Below, in pieces: positions 17,972-27,630 of a stretch of DNA of 64,000 bases. The DNA is taken from NCBI GenBank assembly GCA_963843145.1, contig CAWJJC010000020.1:416001-480000 (forward strand), written 5' to 3'. The notes under the pieces are model-generated. The model ran no database searches, was not told the origin of the DNA, and saw only the letters and a program-made list of their open reading frames with translations. This stretch comes from an uncultured delta proteobacterium (lineage in GTDB: Bacteria; Desulfobacterota; RBG-13-43-22). Each line of letters begins with the position of its first letter. Position 1 is the first letter of the stretch. The position numbers and the translations under genes are program-made.

Positions 17972-19057
17972 TTAGTCGTTTTCTTTGAGTAGACAGCACT
18001 TCTTGTATTTCTTCCCGCTTCCGCAGGGACAGGGATCGTTTCGACCGATCTTTGGTCTTTTAGATGTATCCTTATTGGAAGAATTCCCCCGATCCACCGT
18101 TTGAATAGGCTCTTCCCGGTCTACAGAGTAGACCGGTTCGGGCGGGTATTTCTTTTTCAGATCCTCTATTTTCTCAGGTTTCCCCAACCGGCCATAGAGC
18201 GGAACCAAGCGTTCGATGGCGCCATCCCGGGTATATCCGTCATCGGTCATCGCCAAGGCCTGGAGGTACAACTGTTCGGCCCGTTCGGTTTGTCCACAGA
18301 GTTCTAAGACGTCTCCGGCCTTGATGATAATCCAGGGATCGTCGGCAAAATTTTTCAGGTTTTCCTCGATTTGCCCTAGCGCTTCCTGACAGCGGCCGGC
18401 TTCAGCCAAAATCAACCCCAGATCCCCCGTCATATTATACGGGTCTACAAAGGAATATCTTCGGGCCGTCTCGACCGCCGGATCCACGAAGCCATCGTAG
18501 GCGAGGTCAAAAGGTAATTCAATCAACCAGTCAAGAAGGGCATAGTCATATTGGTTTAATACATCCTTCATCAAATCACGCAAGGTTAAACCTTTTTTCA
18601 GACTGAAGGCCTCGAGTAGACGATCCAGACGATCCAGTATCCTCAAGAGTTCCGGCATATCCGCTTCCATCCATTTTTTCTCGGATCGCTCTTTTAGCTT
18701 TTCCTGGTATTCTTTCCAGTCGTCGATAAACCAATCGAATTGGTCACGATCCGGAAGCAGCCTTTTCCAAAGCTCCCGGGCGGCCACTTGGAAAAAATCT
18801 CTCCACCGGCCCGCCAATCGGTCTACGCGCAACATCCAGAGAGCGGCCAACTCTCCGGGTTCTGATACATTTTCGGCATCCAACCGGAAAGCATCTTCAT
18901 CCAGGGGAAGCCCTTCACTCTTTAAATGCTCCAGGATGTCTTCCATGGACCACCCACTCAGCCCTTCAACAAGCCAAGCGGGAACCACCAAGGGGGTTCC
19001 CGCGCTCCTTATAATCTTTTTATTCGGTTTCCTTTTATTCGATTTTTTCTTTTTCAC
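17972..19057 (-). CDS. TPR-like protein with C-terminal SEC-C zinc motif
   Basis: [20 protein letters not shown]; TPR-like helices. Confidence 0.85.
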   Translation of the reverse strand: MKKKKSNKRKPNKKIIRSAGTPLVVPAWLVEGLSGWSMEDILEHLKSEGLPLDEDAFRLDAENVSEPGELAALWMLRVDRLAGRWRDFFQVAARELWKRLLPDRDQFDWFIDDWKEYQEKLKERSEKKWMEADMPELLRILDRLDRLLEAFSLKKGLTLRDLMKDVLNQYDYALLDWLIELPFDLAYDGFVDPAVETARRYSFVDPYNMTGDLGLILAEAGRCQEALGQIEENLKNFADDPWIIIKAGDVLELCGQTERAEQLYLQALAMTDDGYTRDGAIERLVPLYGRLGKPEKIEDLKKKYPPEPVYSVDREEPIQTVDRGNSSNKDTSKRPKIGRNDPCPCGSGKKYKKCCLLKEND

Positions 19058-19141
19058 TCAATTTCTCTCATTTGATGGATTGGGGAGGACTTGTAAGGCG
19101 CCATCGCTGAGGGCGTCGCACTCGGGCTGTCCCCTCGGACT

Positions 19142-19179
19142 CCCTCTCCCCCACGCGGGAGAGGGTTGGGGTGAGGGGG
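19142..19179. repeat. REP-like palindrome CCCTCTCCC..GGGAGAGGGTTGGGGTGAGGGG
   Basis: Second copy at ~48789-48829. Confidence 0.75.
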
Positions 19180-19196
19180 ATAACCGTAGTTTCGTA

Positions 19197-19436
19197 TTAT
19201 CCTTTCCCTACCTCCCCCAAAACCTGCCGCAGGGCCTTGATACGCTTTTCATCCGAAGGGTGGGTCGAAAGGAAGGCCGGCGGCTGGGGACGGCTCCGGC
19301 CCAGGGCCATCATGTTGGTCCAGAAGGCGACCGCCTCCTCGGCCGGGTAGCCGGCCCGGGCCAGGTATTCCACGCCCAGACGGTCGGCCTCCAGTTCCTG
19401 TCGCCGCGAGTAGGGACGGATAATGCCCAATTCCAC
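19197..19436 (-). pseudogene. C-terminal fragment of an M48 metallopeptidase
   Basis: PYSRRQELEADRLG...FLSTHPSDEKRI; HEXXH part absent; begins directly after the cupin stop. Confidence 0.8.
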
Positions 19437-19787
19437 TTATTCATATTCCTTAGGTACGGCGCAGATCATGAGGAAGGGGTGATCGGCCGAGGTATTCCGA
19501 TATTGGTGTTTCTCTCCGGGCAAAACCAGGGCAAAATCCCCTTTTTTTACCGGGCTTTCCTTGCCGGCTTCGTTGACCAGGACGCCCTGGCCTTCGATGA
19601 TATAATTCAAGTGCTCGAAGGCATGGGCATGATAGGGGGTATGGCCTCCCGGTTCAATGGTAAATACCCGAAAAGAAAACGACGGCGTCCCGTCCGCCTT
19701 AGAGATAGGGAGTTGTTTATAGACATCTTTGGCCCCTTCCATGGCCATTTTCGACTTCGCAACTTGATCGAGCGATGTTGTTTTCAT
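19437..19787 (-). CDS. Cupin domain protein
   Basis: PGGHTPYHAHAFEH...G.KHQY. Confidence 0.9.
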   Translation of the reverse strand: MKTTSLDQVAKSKMAMEGAKDVYKQLPISKADGTPSFSFRVFTIEPGGHTPYHAHAFEHLNYIIEGQGVLVNEAGKESPVKKGDFALVLPGEKHQYRNTSADHPFLMICAVPKEYE

Positions 19788-19904
19788 GGTCGTTCCTCCG
19801 CATCTTATGGATTAATCAGTCTTTGGTTGAAAGTATAGAAAAAGGGAACCTGGGGGGTCAAGGAGAAAAATCTGTCCACACTGCTGTCGAAATTTGAAGG
19901 ACCG

Positions 19905-20081
19905 TTATGATAAAAGTTGTGGGGTCTTCCCAAAATAAGTCCTGGACGAACGTTCCCTGTTCAGATCAATGCCTTTTCTGGGCGGAACAATCTCCGTGAT
20001 CCGGTCGAGGATTTCTAAAGAGCGGCGCTGGGGCGGGCGCAGACTCAATCGACCGGAAATGGCGTTGACCTGGCGATTCAT
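19905..20081 (-). pseudogene. 5' remnant of a type III restriction (Res-like) helicase gene
   Basis: Manual translation MNRQVNAISGRLSLRPPQRRSLEILDRITEIVPPRKGIDL, then unrelated sequence; ATGA overlap with the rhuM stop; family recognised from memory. Confidence 0.6.
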
Positions 20082-21139
20082 TGGTTCTTCCTTGTTTTCT
20101 CTTTGGACGGTCTCCCCGGCTTCAACTTCTCTATCTTCCTGATCGACTCCAAAAATGCTATTTCCACCGGACTTGTTTCTGACAGTTGTTTTAAGCGAAA
20201 CTGTTCATATTGTTTTTCGGCCATTTCAATAGCGGCTTCATGGCTGATCTTGCCCGCATGGGTGAGGATTTCCCGTTCACTGAGCCTTAAAAAATCGTCT
20301 AGTTTGGCGATCCAATCCCGCATGTGCATTGGTTTCCGGTTACGGGCCTGGAGTTCCGCAAATTCCAGATAGGCCGTCACAATCCGATTCAGGGCCTCCA
20401 GTTCTTCACCCTGCAAATAGTTCTTGGCCACACCGACATCGGATTTGCGGGGACGGCTGCTCTCCCAAGCGGTCAGGCCCATATAGGGCAACGCGGCATC
20501 GGCCCTTTGAGCAATGACCTCGGCAGCAGTTTGACCATGGGCGGCCCAGTGCATTTTGTTCTGCACGGTGGCAAAAAATTGTTGGGTCATCTCCGTCGCT
20601 GGGATCATAATCAATGCTGGTGGCATAAATGTCAAGCACCTTTCGCCAGAATACCTTTTCAGAGGACCGGATATCGCGGATACGTTCGAGCAGTTCTTCA
20701 AAATAGATTCCGCCGCCCGCCTGCTTCAGCCTGTCGTCATCCAGAGTAAATCCTTTGACTATGTATTCCCGCAGGCGTTCGGTCGCCCAAATCCGGAATT
20801 GGGTACCTCGTTGGGATTTAATCCGGTATCCCATTGCAATAATGACATCCAGGTTATAAAAGGAGACTGCCCGCGAGACCTTGCGGGACCCTTCCTGTCG
20901 AACTATTAAGGAATCCTGGATAGTTGCCTCCGGCAGCAGCTCTCCTTCGGCAAAAATATTGCGGAGATGCATCATTGATGTTAGGGACCGAGGTTTGGAA
21001 CAACTCGGCCATTTGGAGTTGTGTGCAACCAAACCGTATCCCCCTCAAAACGAACCTCAAGACGACTTTTTCCATCCTCGGTTTGGTAGAGGATCAACTC
21101 GGAGTTTTTTGAAGGGTCTTTAGGAATGTTTCTCTCCAT
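20078..21139 (-). pseudogene. rhuM: RhuM family protein, about three +1 frameshifts (~21025, ~20975, ~20597)
   Basis: ELILYQTEDG, QMAELFQTS, YNLDVII..GYR.KS.RGTQFRIWAT, FFATVQNKMHWA split across frames; may be an assembly error. Confidence 0.85.
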
Positions 21140-21333
21140 TATTTCCCTCTTAAAGAAGTCGAACGCAGCGCGTTCGATTTTAGTCCACCCCGGCCAATCA
21201 ACCAGTAGGACACCACCTGGGCGGTTTTGACCGCCCGGGACACGTTAGCCCGGGCCGACTCCAAAATCTGTTGGATGCGTTCAAATAAAGATGCCTTTTT
21301 CTTCGTAGAGAGGATTGGTGGTCTCTCCTTCAC
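21139..21333 (-). pseudogene. DUF1016/YhcG N-terminal fragment
   Basis: IQQILESARANVSRAVKTAQVVSYWLIGR, then truncation. Confidence 0.75.
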
Positions 21334-21452
21334 GGTTCCACCTCCTCTCCGAAAAGGAGCAACTGCCCCGGTTTGGGCGGGCCTTTGGGCAGATTTTCCA
21401 CCCGCAGGCTGTAATCGTCATGTCCCCCTTCGCAGCAATTCAAGACGGCATT
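21330..21452 (-). pseudogene. 3' remnant of a DNA methyltransferase (type III Mod-like) gene
   Basis: Manual translation NAVLNCCEGGHDDYSLRVENLPKGPPKPGQLLLFGEEVEP*; GTGA overlap with the DUF1016 fragment; family recognised from memory. Confidence 0.55.
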
Positions 21453-21802
21453 ATACTGCTTATCAATTTATGCACCCCCGGAACGAACGTCTTCTATTCC
21501 TGATCAGAATTCCTGGCTTCCCTGTGATTGCAACCATGATTGCTACTAAATTACAACCAACCCCAAATAAAAGTTGCAATTCCGATAGGCCGAATAATCT
21601 TTTAAATTAGGTAGGTTAAAAGCTAGCCATGGCTTTCGCAAAAAGGATTATTCCTTCCCCTTTAATAGTTGCAATCCGTCCGGGGTGTTTCCTTCCATCG
21701 CTTGGAAAATACCCCCAGGATAAGAGACAAATCAGGGGCCGTCTATTTATTGCTTTATTTCAGGTAGTTGTCTTCAACAGCGTTTCATGGCCACCCCCAA
21801 GC

Positions 21803-22507
21803 TTATAGATTGAATTCCCCAAGTCCATTCCTATAAGTTTCAAGGATACTGTCCTTCGGCAAGATTCCCTCGATCAGCCATTGGACCCATTCATCCAGAA
21901 GCAGCATCGCCTCCCCACTGAGGCAATGGGGAGTCCACTGGAAAGCCTGGTCGAAAAGGGGGAAAGGCTGGAGGTGGTCAAGACGAAGGATGGATTCCTC
22001 CGTGCGTCCCCCACCAGGGAGCTTGTCATAAATATATTGGGGGTATTCGCATCTCCGGATTCTTTTAACAAATTTCTCATTGAAACCGGCTCTTTTTCCA
22101 TCGGATCCGGCTCCGTAATAGGGGGCTACCAACATAGCCGGGAGCGATTGCGACTTGGGAGATCCTTTGATGATTGCCTTGGGGATTTCAGGGCCACCGG
22201 TGCTGACCACCAAGAGGGGCCGTTTTTTGGCCTTGTAGATGCTTAATGACTCGCCTTCGAAAATAGGCAGGGCAGCAACCGGCAGGTAGGGAAGTTTGGG
22301 ATATTGAACGGCCTTTAGAGGCTCAAGTCTATAATGCATCCGTTCATGGTCGGTTGGATCCGATCGGCCGATGGGGATGAGGACCATAGGAACCTGGGAA
22401 ACATGGGGGACGAACCCCCAAACCATTCGCCCTCTTCTAATCCCCGGCGTTTTGTCCTCCACCCACCAACTACTGACAAAGGCCTGGATGCTATCCTCAG
22501 GATACAT
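21803..22507 (-). CDS. Hypothetical protein, PemK/MazF-like putative toxin
   Basis: RRGRMVW...KKRPLLVVS...MLVAPYYG...ESILRLDHLQP resembles the PemK/MazF pattern; downstream of a Panacea-like gene. Confidence 0.55.
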   Translation of the reverse strand: MYPEDSIQAFVSSWWVEDKTPGIRRGRMVWGFVPHVSQVPMVLIPIGRSDPTDHERMHYRLEPLKAVQYPKLPYLPVAALPIFEGESLSIYKAKKRPLLVVSTGGPEIPKAIIKGSPKSQSLPAMLVAPYYGAGSDGKRAGFNEKFVKRIRRCEYPQYIYDKLPGGGRTEESILRLDHLQPFPLFDQAFQWTPHCLSGEAMLLLDEWVQWLIEGILPKDSILETYRNGLGEFNL

Positions 22508-23297
22508 CGGGCACCGTACGGGCGGGGGATTTCCAAATAGTTTTCGAAAAAGTTATTTCTCCTTCCTGAGATTCAACCGGTTCCCCTGCCAGACTGTCCA
22601 GCCATCTCACCCCTTCAAAAAAGACTTCATCATATAGGGGAGCCCTTGACGGAATGGTTTGTTCCTTTTTCAACTTCTTTTCCGCTAGCTTGAGCTGGAT
22701 TTGCTCTTTAAGGGTCTTCATATCCGCCTTTCTTTTTTTTGTTGAAGTGGTTTGATAGAGTTCCACAACATCAGAGACACGGCCGACAACTTTGTGCTGG
22801 CCCCCCTCTTCGTAGGTTTCACCTTTAAAGGAAAGCGGCTCGCCGGGCGCAGCTCCCAGCATGGGCGGGGTGTGGTATACGTGATGGAGAAGACTGGTAG
22901 TGTCATCCCCGAACTTATGGATCAGTCCTTTCAAGGTAACGGCCAGTATGAAGGGAAGTTCCGGCTCAAGCTGGTTGAACAGGGACTCATCAACCAGGGA
23001 ATACCGGATTATATCCTCTTCCGTTTTCGACGACGGGATCTCTCTCACCCGGGCCTCGGCTTCGGTAATAACCGGCTCTATTCGGTTATAGACTTCCGAA
23101 GACCAGGGACCAAAATGGTGGAAACGCCAGGGGGCGCCGGTATAGGTTTCCCTTCCCTGTTTTTCAGCAAAAATCAAATCAGCCAGGTAAACGTATTTGA
23201 TCAGGTGAATAGGCCCTAACTCGCGGTGGCCGAAGTCTTCCTGCCCCGCGGCCGTCAAGATATATTTTAACAACAGGTCAACTCTTTTAATATCCAT
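22497..23297 (-). CDS. Panacea (DUF4065/SocA-like) domain antitoxin with C-terminal extension
   Basis: LIKYVYLAD...G..YTGAPWRFHHFGPWS..VY, and L.HHVYHTPPM. Confidence 0.7.
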   Translation of the reverse strand: MDIKRVDLLLKYILTAAGQEDFGHRELGPIHLIKYVYLADLIFAEKQGRETYTGAPWRFHHFGPWSSEVYNRIEPVITEAEARVREIPSSKTEEDIIRYSLVDESLFNQLEPELPFILAVTLKGLIHKFGDDTTSLLHHVYHTPPMLGAAPGEPLSFKGETYEEGGQHKVVGRVSDVVELYQTTSTKKRKADMKTLKEQIQLKLAEKKLKKEQTIPSRAPLYDEVFFEGVRWLDSLAGEPVESQEGEITFSKTIWKSPARTVPDVS

Positions 23298-23646
23298 TCT
23301 TCTATCGCTTTCCGGTATTTTGGACCAAATCTAATTCTGATTATTTGCCCAGGCTCCTCCTTTGTGCCCCTGATGTAACTCGCCGGCACCCGGTCGAATT
23401 CGTCGGAAAGGACCTTGGCTGGTTTGCTTCGACAGCAATCCATCCGCTCTAAACTTCCCTAAATACCGCCTTTGCCCCCCCAAAAAAGTCAATATAGGCC
23501 CCAACCAACACCCCTTTTTCAAACAATCTCAAAAGAATTCAATCAATTGTCATCTCCCGACCCTATTCTAAGAGCCCAAGTTCGCCTTCCAACCCCCTTT
23601 TCCGACTTATGATCATCCGCAACGATTGGCGAGGACACATCAGACT

Positions 23647-23715
23647 CGCCAACAAAAAGCTCGGCCAGAGGCAGGCGCCCTTTCCCGCCAATTGGTTGAA
23701 GCGTCGGGTAATGTC
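23647..23715 (-). mobile_element. Degenerate integron attC site
   Basis: Minus strand GACATTAC-CCGACGCTTCAACC...GGCCGAGCTTTTT-GTTGGCG; 69 bp imperfect palindrome starting 11 bp after the ORF stop. Confidence 0.55.
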
Positions 23716-23726
23716 GATTTTATAGA

Positions 23727-24662
23727 TCAAATTGATACAAGTTCACTGCAATCCTCTAGACTACCCAAGCCAAGAAATTGATATTCCAGCGTATGGGCTG
23801 GACTAGGTGGTAGCCAGATTAACCGGACCTCTTTCTGATAGGAGTATCGAAAATGCTTGCACGAGAACAAGTCGATGCCTTTGTTCGGCGGATCAAGGGG
23901 ATCGTGGTATTTCACAGTTTCGAAGACCCCAATCCATCCTGGGTTGAGTCCTTCAAATGCCATCATGAGCTTTTCCACAAACGGTTTTGGTTCCTTGATT
24001 ATCAAACAAGCGTCGGCATCAAAATCCAGAAACAAGCGTGGAGCGAGAATGGATGAAAGGCAGTAGACGTAGTAATTAGTTCGTGATTCGTATTTGATCT
24101 TGAGATTCTCGGGGGTTATCCGTCCTTTCGGCTTCCCCGTCTTGCCATCAAATACCTCCAGTTTGAAATGTTCAGGGTTCGGCGTGAAACATAACCTGAG
24201 TTCGTCATCCTGGATGGAGGAATTTAGGGATGGATCAACATATGAACTTGCAGGGGAGATTCGGAACTTACCTTCTCTGTGCATCTGTTCTAGAAATGAA
24301 AGCTGTCCGTATTTGAAGAGGTATTTGCCTGGCTCAATTCTTAATTTCCTCACCATTTCACGGGCCTTAGTTGCGGTATCTAATCCTGGATCGGGAATGC
24401 GGATCTGATTAATTAGCCCACGAGGAAACCCTGCCGGGTAAGGGCCGAAGCGTATCACATATTCTTCAAGCAAGTGTGTAAATACCGTCATCCAATATTC
24501 TCCCTCTTGCTTAATCGGATGAAGGCCAAACTTCTTCGCTTCAGTCAGAACCAACTGGTTAAGAAAAATATCCTTCGCACGGTTCTCTAATTCCTGACCA
24601 GAAAGGTGTTCCATATATCTTCGTTCTCGATACTGCAAACGGATCATCTCATGTCTTTTCAT
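23727..24662 (-). CDS. Cassette-borne hypothetical protein, possible ADP-ribosyltransferase/DUF2971-like fold
   Basis: LFKYG, YVYCLS, KHFRYSYQKEVR; start placed at ATG 24662 after AAGGA and the attC core. Confidence 0.65.
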   Translation of the reverse strand: MKRHEMIRLQYRERRYMEHLSGQELENRAKDIFLNQLVLTEAKKFGLHPIKQEGEYWMTVFTHLLEEYVIRFGPYPAGFPRGLINQIRIPDPGLDTATKAREMVRKLRIEPGKYLFKYGQLSFLEQMHREGKFRISPASSYVDPSLNSSIQDDELRLCFTPNPEHFKLEVFDGKTGKPKGRITPENLKIKYESRTNYYVYCLSSILAPRLFLDFDADACLIIKEPKPFVEKLMMAFEGLNPGWIGVFETVKYHDPLDPPNKGIDLFSCKHFRYSYQKEVRLIWLPPSPAHTLEYQFLGLGSLEDCSELVSI

Positions 24663-24672
24663 GGTTTCCTTG

Positions 24673-24738
24673 GACATAACGCCAGGCATCACTGGTAGGC
24701 CCGCTATTTGGCCGATCCAGCGCATGCCTTGACTATCA
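24673..24738 (-). mobile_element. Degenerate integron attC site
   Basis: Minus strand GGCATGCGCTGG...CCAGTGATGCC stem with one extrahelical base, ending TGGC-GTTATGTC. Confidence 0.6.
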
Positions 24739-24871
24739 TTTTTTTCTTTTGCTCGCTCTGATCAAGGACTGTTCTATCTGACAGCTTTTCAAATAAGCTG
24801 TCCCACACAGAACGGCGCCGGGATTTGGCCGACATCATTAGGTGCCATTTGGTGTTGGGAATTAGCATGGG

Positions 24872-26533
24872 TCAAGCCCCGGCTGTGAGTTCGGCGACCA
24901 CAGCATTCATGAGACTCGTTGCAGTCCCCCGGGCGACCGCAAGCTGCGCTTCCAATTGGTCAACTAAGGCCATCAACTGATCGACTTTGTTGACGATCCG
25001 GCGTTGTTCTTGTAGGGGCGGGAGCGGTAGGATGTAGTCTCGTTTGAGATGCGAAATGTAAATTGCCTGCTGAGCACTGAAACCTGAGGTGGTCCTTAAG
25101 TATTCATTACCGTGCTCTGAGTTCAGGTAGATATTCAGATAGGCCGGTAGCACGAAGTCATGGGGTTTGAAAAGAAGGACACTGCCCATAAGGCAGTAGC
25201 CGTCTCTGTCAGATATGATTGTTCGACCGATACCGCCACCACGGCTCACCACCAGAATGTCTCCAATCTCAGGCTTGCAACGGGACCAGCATTTTTTCGC
25301 CACTGATTCGGAGACATGTTTGAAGTCATCCCAAATTAGCTTCTTTGTTCCAACATGCTTTGCGGACAAAATCGGAACCCCGCTGGGTATGTATGTGGGG
25401 GTCAGATGTTCCCCGTCCGTGATAACGCGACACGCTTCTGCAAGAGGAATCCATCGCCACGAATCGGGAATGGCCCATGGAGCTTCGCTATTGTTGTCAC
25501 TCGAGTTTGGAGCTGGCGTTGATGAGCCGGTGCCGCTCACTCTCTTGTACCTGTCCGGGGGAATTGTTCCAATCTGCATCTCAACACCATCGTAAAGTTT
25601 TTCGAGAGCGAGCTTTCCTTGAATGGCAAGGGTGCGGATGGCCTTCCGGAGGTCGGCGGGCTCAATGGTAAAGGAGTCGTGGAAAAGGAAGTTGAGGTTG
25701 GCCGGGGTTGGCGCTTCGGCAAAGCGGGCCAGCGACGCGCGGGCGAGGGCGGCTTGTTGCGTGTCGCGTTCCTGCAACTGCGCCTCCAGCCGATCGCACA
25801 ACGCCATCAACTCATCCACCTTCGCCACGATCCGCTTTTGCTCGGCGAGGGGGGGGAGGGGAAGCGCAGCTCGCCGAGCGTCCTCCGTTCCAAGACGGGG
25901 TAGGTTCATCCCGTAACTCTTTGAGTTGGCATAAGCAAGGAACTCGGGACGTTTGAGTGCGTAGCGAAGGTACGAAGGGTTAACGAATCCAAAAGTTCGA
26001 ATGGGAACTATTTCGGTCGTACAATAACCAGGAGCATCGGCGACGAGGACCTTATTCAGATAGGGACGAAGTTTGCCATATAGGACGTCGTCTACGGCGA
26101 ATGCTGTCTTGGTGCTCTTTGACGGACTGTCACGAAATGCCTTTCGCTGAAGTAGCCGCGAGGTGTCCTTCTCGATGTCTTCAAGGTCTAGAAGCCATGC
26201 GTCGGAAGGAATGTCTGCAGACTCGATTTTGTCGGGTGAACCATACTGAGCCACGTTGCCTAGCCGCACCCACTGCCAGGTCGACGGGAGGTCCGGAAGC
26301 CCTTCAGTTTCCAGCGGCTCGACGGGTAAGCCACCCAACTCCCCATTATTTCGGAGGAGCTTGAAGTGTTTAGTAATTTGCTCGATTAAATTGGATGCAG
26401 GTTCATCCTCCTGTGATTGCTCCACTAACTTCCCATGAGTTGCAAGGTGTAGCCCAAATTCACGCAGCTTCGCTACTGCATTCGGTGCATCGGCAAACTG
26501 GTCGAACTTCTCTAAAAAGGTCTCCAGCTTCAA
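24872..26533 (-). CDS. hsdS: Type I R-M specificity subunit
   Basis: LPSTWQWVRLG, KLRPYLNK, PLPPLAEQKRIVAKVDELMALCD repeated as PLPPLQEQRRIV; two TRDs. Confidence 0.95.
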   Translation of the reverse strand: MKLETFLEKFDQFADAPNAVAKLREFGLHLATHGKLVEQSQEDEPASNLIEQITKHFKLLRNNGELGGLPVEPLETEGLPDLPSTWQWVRLGNVAQYGSPDKIESADIPSDAWLLDLEDIEKDTSRLLQRKAFRDSPSKSTKTAFAVDDVLYGKLRPYLNKVLVADAPGYCTTEIVPIRTFGFVNPSYLRYALKRPEFLAYANSKSYGMNLPRLGTEDARRAALPLPPLAEQKRIVAKVDELMALCDRLEAQLQERDTQQAALARASLARFAEAPTPANLNFLFHDSFTIEPADLRKAIRTLAIQGKLALEKLYDGVEMQIGTIPPDRYKRVSGTGSSTPAPNSSDNNSEAPWAIPDSWRWIPLAEACRVITDGEHLTPTYIPSGVPILSAKHVGTKKLIWDDFKHVSESVAKKCWSRCKPEIGDILVVSRGGGIGRTIISDRDGYCLMGSVLLFKPHDFVLPAYLNIYLNSEHGNEYLRTTSGFSAQQAIYISHLKRDYILPLPPLQEQRRIVNKVDQLMALVDQLEAQLAVARGTATSLMNAVVAELTAGA

Positions 26534-27630
26534 GGTTTCGTCTCCTGCTCTCGCAGCCAATCAAGCAGTTTTTGACGGAGCATTTCCTTGGATGGAAGGT
26601 ATAGCTGGTATTCCCTGGCGTGGATATTGGCGTTGGGCGGTAAGGTGAGTTCGACGATGGCATCCTTTTTCCTTTTGCAGAGTAGTATGCCAATAGTGAG
26701 ATTCTCATCGGGGGTCTTTACGAAGCGATCGAAATAGTTCACGTACATCTGCATCTGACCAAGATCCTGATGATTCAGCTTGTCGAGTTTGAGGTCGATG
26801 AGCACATAGCAGCGTAACAGCCGGTTATAGAAGACGAGATCGACGAAGAAGTGGTCTTCGTCAAAGGTGAAACGCTTCTGGCGGGCTTCGAAGAGAAATC
26901 CCTTGCCGAGTTCGAGCAGAAAATGTTCAAGCCGGTCGATGATGGCGGTTTCGAGGTCGGACTCAGAATAACCCGACTTTTCGTCAAGGCCGAGGAACTC
27001 CAGAACATAGGGTTGTTTCAACATTTCCTGAGGGGTGCTTACGACCTGTCCTTCCTGGCAAAGCTTGCGAACGGCTTCCTTGTCGCGGCTGAGGGCCAGC
27101 CGCTCGTAAAGGCCGGAGGCAAGCTGGCGTTTGAGTTCCGGAAGAGACCATCCGGCCTGGGCAGCCTCGATTTCATAAAAACTGCGTTCGTCGGGATTCT
27201 TGATGGTTAGCAACAGGACATAGTGCGACCAACTAAGGACGAAAGGAGGTTTCTGGAAAGGCTCCGGCGAATTTCCGAGAAGGCTTCTCGGAAATTCGCC
27301 GATTCGGTTTTTCCAGACAAGATAGAACCGCCGCATGTTGGAAAGATTGTCCTCTGAAAATCCACGTCCGAACTCCTCCGTCAACCGTATGGAAAGTTCC
27401 TTCAACAGTTCTTTTCCATATGCGGCCCGCTTCGCCCCTTTCTGCTCATGCTCGACAATGCATCGACCGATCTCGAAATTGGTCAACACTTGCAGGGTGT
27501 TGACCGTTGTCGCGGCAGCGTGGCGCGCTGACCGGATAAGCCCGCGGACCTCGGTGATAAGCGGTGCAAGGTCGTTGCTCGAGGGCTTAGCAGGGGCTTT
27601 GCTCATGCCGTGGACCGTTGGCTTCTTCAT
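26530..27630 (-). CDS. yhcG: YhcG/DUF1016 PD-(D/E)XK nuclease family protein
   Basis: LSWSHY, PYVLEFLGL, FLLELGKGF, DLVFYNRLLRC, GQMQMYVNY. Confidence 0.93.
   Translation of the reverse strand: MKKPTVHGMSKAPAKPSSNDLAPLITEVRGLIRSARHAAATTVNTLQVLTNFEIGRCIVEHEQKGAKRAAYGKELLKELSIRLTEEFGRGFSEDNLSNMRRFYLVWKNRIGEFPRSLLGNSPEPFQKPPFVLSWSHYVLLLTIKNPDERSFYEIEAAQAGWSLPELKRQLASGLYERLALSRDKEAVRKLCQEGQVVSTPQEMLKQPYVLEFLGLDEKSGYSESDLETAIIDRLEHFLLELGKGFLFEARQKRFTFDEDHFFVDLVFYNRLLRCYVLIDLKLDKLNHQDLGQMQMYVNYFDRFVKTPDENLTIGILLCKRKKDAIVELTLPPNANIHAREYQLYLPSKEMLRQKLLDWLREQETKP

Noticed and set aside
18936-19838. 300-aa plus-strand ORF
   Set aside because: Antisense to the cupin, M48 fragment and SEC-C genes and runs through a REP; no domain signal
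21520-21680. CRISPR array suggested by repeated ATTGCAAC/GTTGCAAT
   Set aside because: Only short motifs in mixed orientation, no regular repeat-spacer period and no cas genes
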